DNA of 64,000 nt from Lingula anatina (lineage: Eukaryota; Animalia; Brachiopoda): assembly GCA_051362555.1 (NCBI GenBank), contig CM120642.1, forward strand, positions 25,420,001 through 25,484,000, written 5' to 3'. Positions within the stretch are counted from its first letter, which is position 1. The number at the start of each line of letters is the position of its first letter. A program made the position numbers and the translations under genes. The notes beneath the pieces are model-generated. The model did not search any database. It was not told the origin of the DNA and saw nothing but the letters and a program-made list of their open reading frames with translations. Of the stretch, positions 62,852-64,000 are shown one piece after another.

Positions 62852-64000
62852 CTGGAATAGAAAAAATATGACAACATGATCATCTCAGTACATATCTTCT
62901 AACATATATTTCTTGAAAAACTCCTGCCATGAGGTCTAAGTGCCAGAATTAAATTTGTGTACATAACCATATATGTCACATACTATATAATTCAAACCAG
63001 TTGTGCCATTATTGATACACAGAAATGTTAATCTTAATATACAAAACACATACATGCACCAGAGTGTGCAATTTCTGAAAATATATGAATATATAACAGT
63101 ATGTAAATGATTGATTGCTAATATCTTAGTCCTGAGTTTTCCAATAATCTAGGTATATAAAATAATAATTCATCTTGAAAAAAATTTAAAATCTGGATTC
63201 ACAAAACATTAAATCTTAAGGCATGACGTTTCATAAAATAATTTTTTAATGACATGAATAAAGAGCTTGAATTTCAATGTAAGTGAAAGAAAACATCTCT
63301 ATCAGTCCAAGACTTGGCATAAAAATGGAACCTTAGTAAAGACTTCTAGAAAAAATTCTGAGATATATAAACTATAATTTAAAAATCATGGTAAAATCAA
63401 CCTCTATCCCTTTCTCTAAAAAAACAAACAGCCATGCAATGCAATGCACAGAAGTAAAGAGTGGTAATTGAAATATATCACTGAATTTTATCTAAAAATA
63501 GATGACGAAAATGGATCGAATGAATTCCAATTAAATTGAAATCTGCATTTAACATAATCAAATGGCTTCTATAAAGAAATGCATGCTTTTTTCCCCCCAC
63601 ACCACTGTTCAGAAAATCTTCAAACACAAAATTAATACAAAAATTTAGTGTATTCTTCTTTCCATATACAGAATAAGAGGACACAGTAGTTTGTGTAGTT
63701 ATGTTACTGTTACAATTGCCTAATTCTGTATCTCTTAATTGGCCAAATATTGAGTATAATACACAAAGAGCTGCACATATAAATTAATACAATATACGGA
63801 ACTATGTGTCACTGAGTGAAAAATTTAACCATTTCCATAAGGTGAAAAAAAGTCCAGTAAGCAATCCTCCTCATTACAACAAATACATCATTATTTTATC
63901 AAACTTATGCTTTCCTGACTACCAATACAGTAGGCACAAATCACTTTACAAGGTTTATGCATATTGAAAATGTTTGTGCCACTCGTTGGATTATCATGCT

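Overview
AT-rich, intron-containing animal genomic DNA. The repeat types suggest a lophotrochozoan-type invertebrate such as a mollusc, but this is inference. By reading GT/AG boundaries and codon phases by hand I reconstructed: (1) the last two exons of an unidentified + strand gene (138-781); (2) a complete 12-exon FBXW7 on the - strand (4149-13119, about 938 aa), whose first two coding exons encode a ComEA/EEPD1-type double helix-hairpin-helix (HhH) domain spliced in frame to the F-box/WD40 protein; this is the most striking item; (3) a candidate two-exon 35-aa micro-gene (15835-17020, +); (4) a 7-exon tetraspanin (20615-23395, -); (5) a tandem array of six acceptor-exon-donor cassettes behind a TATA/Inr promoter (about 27.6-30.3 kb, -); (6) a 6-exon orphan coiled-coil, possibly stathmin-like, gene (32163-36178, +); (7) a roughly 10-kb inverted-repeat structure filled with transposon debris (36.2-46 kb); (8) the 3' eight exons of an MTMR6/7/8-type myotubularin with a FYVE-like domain (49242-62851, -), carrying a complete antisense signal peptide-VWA-TM gene in one intron (53339-54898, +). 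Many MITEs, a Harbinger deletion derivative, Helentron/HINE-like elements and mini/microsatellites are also present. No database search was run; all family calls rest on recognised motifs.
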